A stretch of 64,000 nt of DNA from NCBI RefSeq assembly GCF_001194135.2, contig NC_068982.1, positions 135,953,403 to 136,017,402 on the forward strand. Direction: 5' to 3'. Both the position numbers and the translations under genes were made by a program. The stretch is from Octopus bimaculoides (lineage: Eukaryota). This document shows, piece after piece, positions 1 through 12,087 of the stretch. The notes below the pieces were generated by a model. The model made no database searches. It saw only the letters and a list, made by a program, of their open reading frames with translations, and was not told the origin of the DNA. Position 1 is the first letter of the stretch. Every line of letters begins with the position of its first letter.

Positions 1-37
<37 letters not shown>
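1..37. repeat. (TA)n microsatellite
   Basis: Direct: pure TA run at the window start. Confidence 0.98.
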
Positions 38-38
<1 letters not shown>

Positions 39-488
39 TGTAGAGTGTTATACGTATATATAGAGAGAGTATGTGTGTGTGTGTGAGTGTGGTAGTACAA
101 GAAATTGGACTTAAATTCATGTTTATGCATGTATACGCGTATATCTATATATATGGCGTATACACGCGCAAAAATAACAATACATACATATATATATTCA
201 GTTATTTGTCCTCGCGTGTTTGCGTCGGCGTGTATGATAATGTTTTTTGTCTGCAGAGTAGTGTTAATACCTGAAAGATATATTTATATCTATGATTTAA
301 GATTTGAATCCCAGTTGAGAAAGCTCCCATAAATCTCTCTTCGAACGTTTCTTTCTAACTGGCAACTCTCATGTGACAAACGTGACAATTACTCGTTACT
401 CATTCAACCCCCAAATATGGCTCTATTGTGTACTGGTACACGATATAGTGCTTCCTGTTACGCAAACGTAGTCGAACACATAGTAGTT

Positions 489-577
489 ATACATACATAC
501 ATACATACATACATACATAAATATATGCATACATACATACATACATAAATACATACATACATACATACATACATACA
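489..577. repeat. (TACA)n microsatellite
   Basis: Direct: near-perfect ACAT tetranucleotide run. Confidence 0.95.
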
Positions 578-1157
578 TGTGTGTGTGTGTGTATGTATAT
601 ATTGATTGATTGAGAGACAAATCTTTTTTGAAATGAAGAAGCACAGCTATGAATGTAATAACAACAGCACAGAGTAATTTAGAGATGAACAATGGGATGT
701 AGAAATCAAGAAATGATTATTTTGCCGATAGCGATTGGTCTTCGAATGATAATGAAACATGTTTATACTTAGATATGTGAATCTATATTTATATATATAT
801 TCAACATTCTCTCTTACTGTGTATACTCACACACGCACTCACACAAACAAATACGCATAATATGTATATGCATACATGAATGAATATATAATGTACATAC
901 ACACACACACCTATATATATGTATTGAATATGAGAGGTTTAGTTCACTGGTGTTGTGAACGAATAGGTACGTTAAATAAGTGTTATAAGTGGTCATCGGT
1001 TAGGTTCGCAGTTCAAAGCTGAGGCTGGAGCTGGGGATCCGTATTAGACTTCCGTGTTTGCAGGTATATATTATATTAGGGGGAAAAGGACAACGACAAT
1101 CAAGGCAGGACGAGTATCTGAAGTCATACAGAATAATTTAATAAGGGTAAATTTGAA

Positions 1158-1233
1158 GCCTTAAAGCTGTTTCTAGAACATACCAAGTGTTAGGCTAGCA
1201 TGTGCATACACTTGGTATTCCGTCATCAGAGAC
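1158..1233 (-). ncRNA. Type I minimal hammerhead ribozyme motif (Penelope-type), one mismatch at the cleavage triplet
   Basis: Minus strand reads gtct-CTGATGA-c-ggaataccaagtgt...acacttggtatgttct-a-GAAAC-agct-TTA-aggc. Core boxes are intact, stem II is long, stem III is palindromic. The triplet is UUA rather than GUA. Confidence 0.55.
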
Positions 1234-1722
1234 AAGGTGGACATGTATGAAAGTTCTAGACAGAGAAACTTACAATTTGTAAGGAATAAAATATAAGAAT
1301 AAAGAGTAAAGTAGATAAAAGAATACAGACAGGTGAATAAAATCCACAGTTTTTTTACTGAGGGTATGGAGGTTGGTGCATACTCCTGTGAAGGTATAGG
1401 CACTTTGGTATAATCCCAGATAAATCCAGGCAGTATTTTCGCAGTATTTTAAATGATACGTTCATGTTAATTAGCTAGTATGTAAATAGTCCATATGGGT
1501 ATATAGAGTCTTTCTCAGTCTATATAAAGTTCAATTAGAGGTTGGATAAGCCTCATTAACGGATAGTATTATCTAGTGAATTATTGGTTAATTACCTAGT
1601 ATTGTGAATATTAATTATAATACTCATAAATAAAAGGTAATTAGATAAACCAAGATTTAGATTTATTCAAGAAAAGTAAGAAAATGAAGATACGTCAGTT
1701 AATAAGTATATGTATTAACTGC

Positions 1723-2538
1723 AAAAATAAACACGTTCGTTAACAGCTGTTTCGATTCATACTGTAAAGATTATAATTGTGATAATTACATCAATTAATA
1801 AAGCAAAATCTCGTCAGAGGCAGGAAAAAAGATATACCAATATATTATTAGGTGCTAAGTATACGGAACATTAGAGCAAACTGAGTATTTATATATGGAT
1901 AAGTTTGGTATAAATCTTTTAAGAGGGACATAGAGTGTATATTTAGTGGGGAAGTAAATATATATTAATATACTCTAGAAAATAGTTAGAAGGCGTAGAG
2001 ATATATAATAAATAGTAATTTATCATGTAGATAAGTATCATATTAATATTGGGGTAAATATATTTATAGTTTATTATTATAGAGATTCGTAATAAGTAGA
2101 AGTTATTAATAGTCAAAATATTTATCCAACAGATTAAATAATTATAATAAATATATGTAAAAATCAACGTAGTAATTATATGCGGAAAAATATATATAAA
2201 TAAGTAATTGTATGAATAATATATCAATAATTATCTTCCTACACTTATGTGCAAAAAGAGTTTGATAAAACATGATAATAAATAATTGTGGATTATCAAA
2301 AAATGTATTAATAACACGTACTTATTTTGGTAAGAAAACTGACACCCCTAAATGTTTATACCAAACTTATCCATATAATGATACTCAGTTTGCTGAGTAT
2401 ACTTAATACCTAATAATATAATTGTATACCCCTTTTTCTTTCTATTACGAGATTCTGCTTTGTAAAATGATTTAATAATTAAAATTATAATCTTTAAAAT
2501 ATGAATCGAAACAGCTGTTAGAGATCATATTTAATTTT
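1723..2538. mobile_element. Inverted-repeat pair (arms about 1723-1914 and 2355-2538) carrying hammerhead remnants; probable Penelope-like pLTR remnant
   Basis: Arms align as reverse complements (e.g. taacagctgtttcgattcata and tatggataagtttggtataaa blocks). GAAACAGCTGTT occurs at 1742-1753(-) and 2508-2519(+), and CTGACGA at 1811-1817(-). Confidence 0.55.
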
Positions 2539-2604
2539 GAAGTAAATAAATATATTTATTAATTGATATATGTCCATTTCCTTATTTTTAAAAATCTTTT
2601 TCGT

Positions 2605-3430
2605 TATCTTTTATATTTTGCAGGTTTCAGCCCTTGGCTGAGATCATGCCGGGGCGCCACTTGTAGTTACTCAGTGTTTTTTCCGGTATTGTTTTTGGTG
2701 AAGGAGCGAGTTGGATGGCGCTGCTCTTCTTTACGTCTCCTGCCGCGATGTGGGTTCATCTGGTAACTCAGGTATAAACCTGTCCAGACGTTCCTTGAAA
2801 CTTCCACAACAACAGCATGTGGGTCTCTAAGATTGCCTGGTAGGACGTTGAACAATTGCAGGCCTTGGATCCCAGACTATTGCAGTACTGTGTCCTTATT
2901 TTGGATGGGGAAGATGGAAGCTTTGGTATGATGCGGTCCCGTTCAGTTCGAGGAGTGGTATAGCTGTCAATTCCAAAATCTGGAGCTAAACTCTCCAAGA
3001 TCTTCCAAATATATATCACCCCATATCACCCTCGTCTTCTCTCCAGAGAATAGAGACTCAGCTCCTTTAGCCTCTCCCGGCAGATCATCTTTTGCATCGA
3101 GTCAATCTTCTTTGTGTATTGGTGCGAGATGGCTTCGAGTTCCACAGTTTGTTTCACTCTCTCTGGGGACCATAAATGGTAGTAGTCCAAGTGGCTGAGA
3201 ACGAAAGTCCTCCATGGGAGTAGGAGGACCTCCCTTTTCCTGGTTCTGAATGTCCTCAGAATTCATCCAGCCACACGGCTGCACAGTGTTGCCATCTTGA
3301 TAATATGCACATGGAATGTTGCATCGTTGCTCATGTGAACCCCAAGATCACACACCGACTCTTACTCTGGGATAATATTACCTCCTGGTCCAGTATATTC
3401 TAATTGGAGCTTAATATTCTAATTTGAACC
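2605..3430 (-). mobile_element. CR1-group LINE, 5'-truncated 3' end (RT C-terminus and 3' UTR), decayed
   Basis: Minus translation across frameshifts gives DLGVHMSNDATF...GWILRTFRT...LSHLDY..LWSP...ERLKELSLYSLERRR...IYIWKILESLAPDFGI, typical of the CR1-group RT C-terminus. It ends in a stem-loop and an A-rich tail. Confidence 0.85.
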
Positions 3431-4033
3431 GATATATATATATCGTGAATAAGATCGCATGTAGCTTGGTGCTATTGATAAATTTAACATATGGTCTTGT
3501 TCATCTGTGCTATGGTCACATCCTTCATTAAATTAAACGTCTCCAATTTTGACCTTATTCTTTTCGCGATTTCAGCATCCTTGTCTCGGCGCACGTTAGC
3601 CCCGTGCTAGTATATAATACATTAGTATCATGATAAGGACCCAGTCTATTAATGATTTTCTTGCAATTCTGAAATATTACAATAATTCAGATATACTACA
3701 TATAAAGACTTGTGTTTCATATAATTAATTATTTTAGCATCTGTATACATCGTTTATATTCTCAGTATATTCAGCAGTTTAACTGCACACACATTTGGTT
3801 TACATCTATCTCAGTTAATTACGATTCTTAGCATCAACTTTCGTGTCACACATAGCATTGCATAGATTGCAAAATTTAATTGAATATTTTCCTTTTCTAA
3901 TTAAGTAGATCACGATTAATTCATTTTCCATTATCCTACTAAACGCACAATACGTTTAGTAGGATACGTGTGTTATCTATGAAATGAAAAAAAAAATAAA
4001 TGCAACGAAAGAAACGATATGAATAAATACAGG

Positions 4034-4071
<38 letters not shown>

Positions 4072-4703
4072 CCTGTATTTATTTCGTTGCATTTTTTTTT
4101 TCATTTCATAGATNNNNNNNNNNNNNNNNNNNNNNNNNNNNNNNNNNNNNNNNNNNNNNNNNNNNNNNNNNNNNNNNNNNNNNNNNNNNNNNNNNNNNNN
4201 NNNNNNNNNNNNNNNNNNNNNNNNNNNNNNNNNNNNNNNNNNNNNNNNNNNNNNNNNNNNNNNNNNNNNNNNNNNNNNNNNNNNNNNNNNNNNNNNNNNN
4301 NNNNNNNNNNNNNNNNNNNNNNNNNNNNNNNNNNNNNNNNNNNNNNNNNNNNNNNNNNNNNNNNNNNNNNNNNNNNNNNNNNNNNNNNNNNNNNNNNNNN
4401 NNNNNNNNNNNNNNNNNNNNNNNNNNNNNNNNNNNNNNNNNNNNNNNNNNNNNNNNNNNNNNNNNNNNNNNNNNNNNNNNNNNNNNNNNNNNNNNNNNNN
4501 NNNNNNNNNNNNNNNNNNNNNNNNNNNNNNNNNNNNNNNNNNNNNNNNNNNNNNNNNNNNNNNNNNNNNNNNNNNNNNNNNNNNNNNNNNNNNNNNNNNN
4601 NNNNNNNNNNNNNNNNNNNNNNNNNNNNNNNNNNNNNNNNNNNNNNNNNNNNNNNNNNNNNNNNNNNNNNNNNNNNNNNNNNNNNNNNNNNNNNNNNNNN
4701 NNN

Positions 4704-4797
4704 AAGAATAACTTCTGGGGTTGATTTGTTCGACTAAAGGTGGTGCTCCAGCATGGCTGTAGTAAAATGACTGAAAGAAGTAAAAGAATAAAAGAAT
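4704..4797 (+). mobile_element. SINE family A, 3' tail fragment after gap
   Basis: ctggggttgatttgttcgactaaaggtggtgctccagcatgg...gactgaaagaagtaaaaga matches the tails at 33720-33820 and 60430-60522. Confidence 0.85.
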
Positions 4798-5095
4798 ACT
4801 TAATTTGTAAGTAAGCAAAACAAATAAAATTACATTGTAGAATTTTTATCCTTGGATGGTGTTTTTTTTGTGTTTGTGTATGGGGCATTCTGACATTTGC
4901 ACCTCGTGACTTTCCAGTTCAATAGTTCAATTGGCTGAACGTTGCCCTCCTCTCACTTTAACTTTCTTGGAGTTGATTCTGTTCTCATTACTGAACACTC
5001 ATCCGTTGTTTTCGATGGGAGCCTCATCATATATAAATGATCGGGTTCCCAAATTCATTGGACACACTCACAATGCATCGATCTGCCTGGAACTA

Positions 5096-5177
5096 GAGTA
5101 GAGCACACTTTGCCAAGGTGCCACTAATTTGAGATTGAATCTGAAACCACATGGTTGCAAAGCGAGCTTCTTACACC
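5096..5177 (-). mobile_element. SINE family A, degenerate tRNA-head fragment
   Basis: ccaaggtgccac...aaaccacatggttgcaaagcgagcttctta matches the head of the 35478-35890 copy. Confidence 0.6.
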
Positions 5178-5728
5178 CTCAATAATTGACTCATATTTTT
5201 TCAACTTTCCAATCCTATGATGTGTTATGACTTCCACTCTACTTCTATTGCATGTTATTGTCCAAAATACTATGCTTATCTTGCACAGTCCAACACATCC
5301 TGACTTACCCTTTCATACATAAGTGTATCCATGTAACATCATAATAAGTGTCTTCATATAGCCGATACTCGCCAAGACTAGATCTATAAACAGCCACTTT
5401 CAACACGTCTCACTACAACGTCTACAGCATGTACCTGGGGTCAAATCAGCATTAAAGCGTAATATAATTTTCTGTTTTTTTTTCTAATTATCTTAAAAAT
5501 TTTATCAATCAGCTTGTGAAATATTCTTTTTTATGTTTCTTGATCCACGAGTTGGTTCATTCTTTTTATGGCTCGACTCTGACTAATTGGGTTATGATAT
5601 TTCGTTTTATAACTTATCTGAGGGTTGGTCCGGACGTTGCTTCGTCAGTCTATGGTTTGCCTTCTTTTATTCTGGTTTCTTGGTTTTGTTTTAAAATACA
5701 ATTCTTGAAGGCCGTTCTTTCATCCATA

Positions 5729-5977
5729 TTCTTTTATTCGTTTATTTGTTTCAGTCATTTGATTGCAGCCATGCTGGAGCAACGCCTTTTGTCGAGTAAA
5801 TCGGACCCAAGACTTATTCTTTGTAAGCCTAGTACTTATTCTTTCTGTCTCTTTTGCCGAACCGCTATTTACGGGGATGTAAATACACCAGCATCGGTTG
5901 TCAAGCGATGTTGTGGGGACAAATACAGACAGACAAACATATAGATATGCACACACACACACACATGCACACACACA

Positions 5978-6027
<50 letters not shown>

Positions 6028-6168
6028 CACGACAGGCTTCTTTCAATTTCCGTCTACTAAATCCACTCACAAGGATTTGGTCGGCCTAACGCTATAGTAG
6101 AAAACACTTGCCCAAGGTGCCACGCAGTGGGACTGAACCCGGAACCATGTGATTGGTAAGCAAGCGAG
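5729..6168 (-). mobile_element. SINE family A, near full length (tRNA head, internal (TA)/(GT) microsatellite, LINE-like tail)
   Basis: Colinear with copies at 33415, 35478 and 60078. Confidence 0.9.
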
Positions 6169-6169
6169 T

Positions 6170-6900
6170 TTATTTCATAAAACTTCGCCACAAAGGCATC
6201 ACAGAGAGGGGACAAACAAGGACAGACAAATATGGTGAAGTAGCTTTTACGAATGAATCTAAATTATCATGAACATTAAAAAAAAATTTAAATAATGGTA
6301 GACATTGATTTACACAATATGGTGCCTAAAAAGAAAGGCGTCCAACAACCAGGGAAGAACATTAGCTTTTTTCCGGGATCCACTTACTTGGTGCCAATGA
6401 CTTCGAGCTTTCTTATTACAAGCTTCCATCTTTTTCCGAATCTCTCCCGTGATAGGTGCCTCTTCTCCAGCCTGATCCTGGCCGGATACAAAGGTACCCA
6501 TCACTATGTCTTTTACACGTGTCTTCCATACCGTTTCTTTTAATACGGCTACCACTCAGGAAAAACAGGCCTCCCCCCTCTCCGCTAAGGGAAGAACGCG
6601 GCACAATCATGATGAGGTACTCAGCTGATAGCTATACGCTTCCCATCGATGCCAACATTTGTCCTGTGAAAACTATCAGCCTCTTTAATTCCGGACATTC
6701 CACAAATGTGTGGAAGACGGTTTCCCTGTCCTGCCCGCACCTCGGACATGTCGGCGAGAGGGCACTTCCGTGCCTAGACAGTTTGTCACGAACAGCTAAC
6801 GCCGCACGGAGGAAAAGAATATATGTTTATATGAAACCCTGTAGAGCGAGTATCCTGTTCAAGTCATTTCGAATCCATTTTACGAAATTTTGTTCCGATT
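6170..6900 (-). mobile_element. L1/Tx1-clade LINE 3' end (ORF2 C-terminal zinc-binding domain, 3' UTR and tail)
   Basis: Minus translation RAALAVRDKLSRHGSALSPTCPRCGQDRETVFHTFVECP (C-x2-C...H...C, zf-RVT-like) continues to VVAVLKETVWKTR. It runs through an AT-rich UTR to the tail at 6170-6230. Confidence 0.8.
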
Positions 6901-7313
6901 TTTAGTGAGTCAGACGATGACATGGAATCTATCTCAGTTTTTTTCTTATTATGATACTTGGTTTATGGTAATAGTGGTCAGACGTGGATTGACAAGCTAT
7001 TGAGTTTAAATCGATCAATAGATATGCTATCAGTATATGTGTGACAATGTGCATCCTGTTTAGAGAGGATTGTAGCCATGGTTCGTCGGTCGTGCTGTTT
7101 TTGCGGTTAGACTTATTTGTTTTTATAAGGATGATATCATGTTTGTCTAAATTGTTCCGGAAGATATTTTAATGGTTCGCTAGTCGCTTGCTGTCTACAT
7201 TGTTTTAGGTTGCGAGGTGCGGTCTCTGTTTAGTTGTCCTGTTATGGTCTGTGTAGCTATTTCAATTTTCTTCACAAATTCTAATGTGTGTATGTGTGTG
7301 TGTGAGTGCGTGC

Positions 7314-7315
<2 letters not shown>

Positions 7316-7361
<46 letters not shown>

Positions 7362-7381
7362 AAGAGAGAGAGAAAGAGAGA
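7316..7381. repeat. (GA)n microsatellite
   Basis: Direct. Confidence 0.95.
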
Positions 7382-8004
7382 GCGTATGAGTGTGTTTGTC
7401 AGTGTTTATGTGTGATCTCGCTTAGTTGATTTGAATTAGACATTTTTCATTCAAATCTCAAAAATGTCAGTTTTTTATTTTTCTTTCATTATGATACTGT
7501 TAGTCGTTTCATGTTTTTGAGTGCCTTGAGACGGGGAAATATGAGCATGATTACTCTTTTGTACATAAAATTCTGTATATGATACTCAAATAAAACATGT
7601 ATGTGTATATATATGTGTGTGTGTAGTTTACGAGGAATGAAAAAAAAAATTGTCATAAACAATTCAAAATTTTTTATGAATATGTCAATGGTTAAACATG
7701 TAATCAAAAAAATTCGAAAAAGAATTGCGTATAAAATTGCGCGCGCGTCTGTGTGTGTGTGTGTGCGTGTGTGTGTGTGTGTGTGTGTGAATGTGTGTGT
7801 GTGTGTATATATATATGTACACACACAACACACACATGAATGTGTCAATGCGCCTGTTTGCGCGACTGCATGTGTATGACTATCTCTTTGTGTTTGTGAT
7901 GGTTTGTGCGTATGTATGTGTGTGAATGGATGTGAGTGTGAATATATATATATATATATACACACATACACATGCATACGACATGCATATATACATATAT
8001 ATAT

Positions 8005-8324
8005 CCTTTTATCTTCTTTTACTTGCTTCAGTCATGTGACTGCGGCCTAGTACTCATTCTATCGGTCGTTTTGTCGAATCACTAAGTTACGGGAACGTAA
8101 ACACCAGCATCGGTTGTCAAGCGATGGCGGGGGTACTATCACAGGCACACACACACATAAATATATACATATATACAACAGGCTTCTTTCAGTTTCCGTC
8201 TACCAAATCCACCCACAAGGATTTGTTCGGTCAGAAGTTATAGTAGAAGCCACTTGCCCAAGTTGGCCACGCAGTGGGGCTATACCCGGCACTATGTGGT
8301 TGTGAAGCAAACTTCTCACCACAA
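8005..8324 (-). mobile_element. SINE family A with internal deletion in the 3' part
   Basis: Colinear with other copies, but the segment between gcggcc and tagtact is missing. Confidence 0.85.
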
Positions 8325-8524
8325 GTCTTTCTTCCTAACGGCAACCTTCGCTTCTACTATTTATAACAATATTACACTAGATACATCTATACATGAGGTC
8401 ATGGAACGCCGGCACGGTCTCATAAACCCTTGAGCCTGTGTGTCAGTCTCCTATTAAATCTCTTCCTCTCTCTGTCTCTGTCTCTCGTTAAACATGAGCA
8501 TTTTTCTGTCTTTCCCTCCCTCTG

Positions 8525-8647
<123 letters not shown>

Positions 8648-9011
8648 GCGTAAGATATTTGAATAACTTTATTGATGAAAAAATGCTAAGAAGATAAAAA
8701 TAAATCTTTTCTATCATTCAACCACAGTAGTTGTTGAATATATTAAGTCCACCATTTCGTCAATCGCAGCAGCTTCCAAGCTTCACCACTGATTCAGTTC
8801 TTAGCTAAATTGCAAACTGTTAATAGCTTTGAAGTGGACACCCACTCAGCTACACTTCGGCATGAATAGTTTGAGATTTGGTTCAGTAAAAAAACAGTTA
8901 TGAAGTAAAATATTACGAAATTTTATGTCAGTAAGTAAGGAAGCAAGTGATTAAAGCTTAAGTAATAAAAATAAAGAATATATTTCTAAAATGAATGATT
9001 TTTTTAAAGCA

Positions 9012-9113
9012 AGACGGCGAGCTGGTGGAAAAGTTAACTCACCGGACAAAATTCTTTACGCATTTCATCTTTCTTTACTTTTTGAGTTCAAATTTCGCCG
9101 AGGTTGACTTTGA
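9012..9113 (+). mobile_element. SINE family B, degenerate 5' half
   Basis: ggcgagctgg...gagttcaaatttcgccgaggttgactttg matches the head at 29058. Confidence 0.75.
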
Positions 9114-10122
9114 CGTACAGATTATTTAGTTAATTTTTTTTTTCACTAAACACTTTCAAACTTTCGATACTGGTAGAATGTGTCACATACAACAGGGTTT
9201 ACTCTTAACATTTTAAGAAAAATTTTGTATTTTAGAAGTTATTTCGTCAGAAGTTACAGAGTGACAATGGACAAATTCGTGTTTGATAAGTGCCAATAAA
9301 CAAAACTCTCAGCTTTTGAATTACTCTCTAACTTCTGCCGATGATATATATATACAGATTGCATATATGTGTAAGCAAAATTTCATTACGCAATCGAACC
9401 AATGAAAGAGCCTCTACCTGGTCGCTCGACCCGCTAAAAATAGCAGCCAAAGTATCCTCCTACCTAAATCAAACGCTCATTGTATGTAATGTCCTAGATT
9501 ATCCCTATAAAAAAACGGTTTGCTGAAGGCTGCAATGTCTTTGATGATAGGTTTGCAGTGACGGGGTTGATTTGAGGCTAAATAACAAAAACATTATGGT
9601 AAATTTCTATATTAACACCCGCACGTATTTCACTAAGAAAAAAAACCAAAAATTAGATTTTTTGCGTGGAATCAAGTGCTCTGACCTCCTAAATATGCTG
9701 CAAATCCCTTATTTTGGTTCGAAAAAATGAGGTGGTGTTCCCCACCCACAAATCACGGAATCATTAGACATTTTTTTCGCTGAATGAATTCCTGTCACCT
9801 CCTAATATTGCAAAATTATGTTACATAAGGTGAGCCTGGTTAGTGATGGTTTTGGGGTCTTGTTTGTAACTTTTGGTGAGCAATGGTGCAACCAATAACA
9901 TGGTAGAAATCCCTTCCTTTAATTTAGTGTGGATGGGTAATATCAAATAATTCAATCACAGCATATATTCAAATTAAACATGAAAAAAATTGAAATATTA
10001 TCATCATTTACATGGAAGAATTGAAATATTATCTTTCAGTATATTATAAGGTAATATCTTAAATCATTAATTGACATATTATTAATTATCTTATAACAGC
10101 AATGCCTGGAAAAATCATGCAC

Positions 10123-10633
10123 TACATGGAAAAAATGCAAGCATGAAAAGTCATATTCTTAAGATTCTAAACCTGGAAAAGTACAGGACAAATTATTATA
10201 TCTGGAAAAGTATAGGACAAGCTATTACTTCTAGTAAAGTAAAGAATAAGAAACTTTTTACTTAAAATATTGCAGCTAAAATTAAAATTTGTATGTTAAA
10301 ACTTACTTTATTATAGTTTACAAATAACACAACTTATTTAAGTAGAATTTGGCTAATTTACTATCTTAAATACGGAAAGTGACTAATTAGACAAACTTAC
10401 AAATTAGGTGAACAGTTTTGTACAATAAATCTAAAAGATGAGAAATATATAAATATATAAATTAGAAGAACTGGCATTCTTTGCTGCAATATTTTAAGTA
10501 AAAAGTTTCTTATTCTTTACTTTACTAGAAGTAATAGTTCGTCCTATACTTTTACAGGTGTAATAACTTGTCTTGTAATTTTCCGGGTTTATAATCTTAA
10601 GAATATTACTTTTCATGCTCACATTTTCCATGT
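10123..10633. mobile_element. Foldback/MITE-like element with about 150-bp inverted arms (10123-10276 and 10483-10633)
   Basis: Arms are near-identical reverse complements, including a long exact block tattacttctagtaaagtaaagaataagaaactttttacttaaaatattgcagc. No TSD identified. Confidence 0.7.
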
Positions 10634-10640
10634 AATAATG

Positions 10641-11670
10641 CTATTCAATAAAGCTACCATCACCTTCAACAACTGCTTTTATACGAGATCTAAATCACCT
10701 ATATGCTCGAATTAAGTAGTCCTGGTTCATTTTAGAAATTACTCTGACTGTGGCAGCTTTCAAAGAATCTTTGGTGTTATGGGCGTGTTCATTGACCTTT
10801 TTCTCAACAACGTTCTACATGCAATAGTCCAATGGAATGAGGCCAAATGTTAGAAGTTATGTGATCATAAAAATTTTCAGCCACCCATTCGTGTGTTACT
10901 AGAGCCGTGTGTGATAGTGCAGAGTCTTACTGGAACACACATAGCCTTCCATTGCATACACTGGCTATCCAGGGCTTAACAATTATTTACAGGGCCCCAA
11001 TGTAGGCGGCAATGTTAACTCTAAGGCCTTGTGAAAAGAAGTAAGGAGGCATCACATGCCCTTCATTGCTGACAACCCTAAAACCATGACAGTTGCAGGA
11101 AACTTTGTATGCATAACACTTGGAACTTCAAAGGGTCTGCACATAACAATTTGTCATTTGTACTCTTAACTTTTTGACATTGGTCGAATTTTTTCTCGTT
11201 TGATAAAAAGCAAATTAAATCTTTTTCTGTTGCATGTTTCAGTTTGTTTAAGAGCCTTTTAGATCTGATGTAGTGATTTTCGTTTGCTTTTTTTCTGACA
11301 AATTGACCTGTCCTCATTATATAAGACTTATATCCCATGTCTTCGTGGACATCATTTCTGACTGTTCCTTCTGACTCATAGATATATTTTGCAATTGACC
11401 TTATGGACTTTCTGGGATTATAATCAATGGTCTGGTTGAACTTGCTGGATAAATTCAGGTGTTCTGTTGATTTAGAATGCTTTTTATGCTGTGATACTAG
11501 TGATACGTTTCCATCTTCAGTCTCTAGCCCCTTACAAACGTTGTAGACGAAAGACCTGGCAGATCTTGTAGACGAAATATCTCAAAAAAATTAAGATGAA
11601 ATTGACTAATCATTTGGCTTATTTAAAACTCTGATTAGCGTAGGAAGAATAACTCAGATGCGTGGATTTA
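10641..11670 (-). mobile_element. Tc1/mariner transposase pseudogene, maT (DD37D)-like
   Basis: Minus translation includes RSFVYNV, SIRSIAK...GYKSY, FLSNEKKFDQ (catalytic D1 region), PATVMVLGVVSNEGHVMPP, FQ*DSALSHTA (D2), IPLDY (D3) and a C-terminal FRSRIKAVVEGDGSFIE*. Multiple stops and frameshifts. Confidence 0.85.
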
Positions 11671-11829
11671 TTAGTTAAAAATGAATAAAATTTTCTTTCG
11701 TTACATATCAGGAGCGTCCTTATTTCACTGTTTCTATTTCACTTCTTTTGATTGTTTGATTAATCTTTTGGTCAATCATTTAGGTTTCTCTAAGTATCTT
11801 TGTCGATATTTGCAACCATATCAATGATA

Positions 11830-12087
11830 AAATAAATAAATTCGCCCTTTTAAAGCCTAGCCAGGCTCATGGGCCCGGTTTCCCAATTTCAATGGCGAAT
11901 GTATTCCCCAGCTGGACGGGATGCCAGTCCATAGCAGCGTTACTCATTTTTGCCAGCTGAGTGGACTGGAGCAACGTGAAATGAAGTGTTTTACTCAAGA
12001 ACACAACGCATCGCCTGGTCCAGGAATCGAAACCACAGTCTTACGATCACGGTGCTGACACCCTAACCACCAAGCCACGCACCTCCA
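11830..12087 (-). mobile_element. SINE family C (tRNA head plus CORE-like domain), full length with 13-bp TSD
   Basis: A box tggcttggtgg, B box ggtttcgattcc, CORE-like gttgctccagtccactcagctggcaaaaatgag. TSD catatcaatgata at 11817-11829 and 12088-12100. Confidence 0.9.

Noticed and set aside
3973-4888. Long ORFs spanning N runs (also 15731-16558, 29512-30096, 39633-40615, 41014-41570, 49695-50071, 51837-52328, 59003-59828)
   Set aside because: They are open only because N codons are not stops. These are assembly gaps.
5590-5656. CUGACGA...GAAAU hammerhead-like spacing on the minus strand
   Set aside because: Stems I and II do not pair.
6900-7300. HCHTYTDSIS peptide (minus) resembling an RNase H motif
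   Set aside because: A single short motif among many stops, with no other RNase H residues found.
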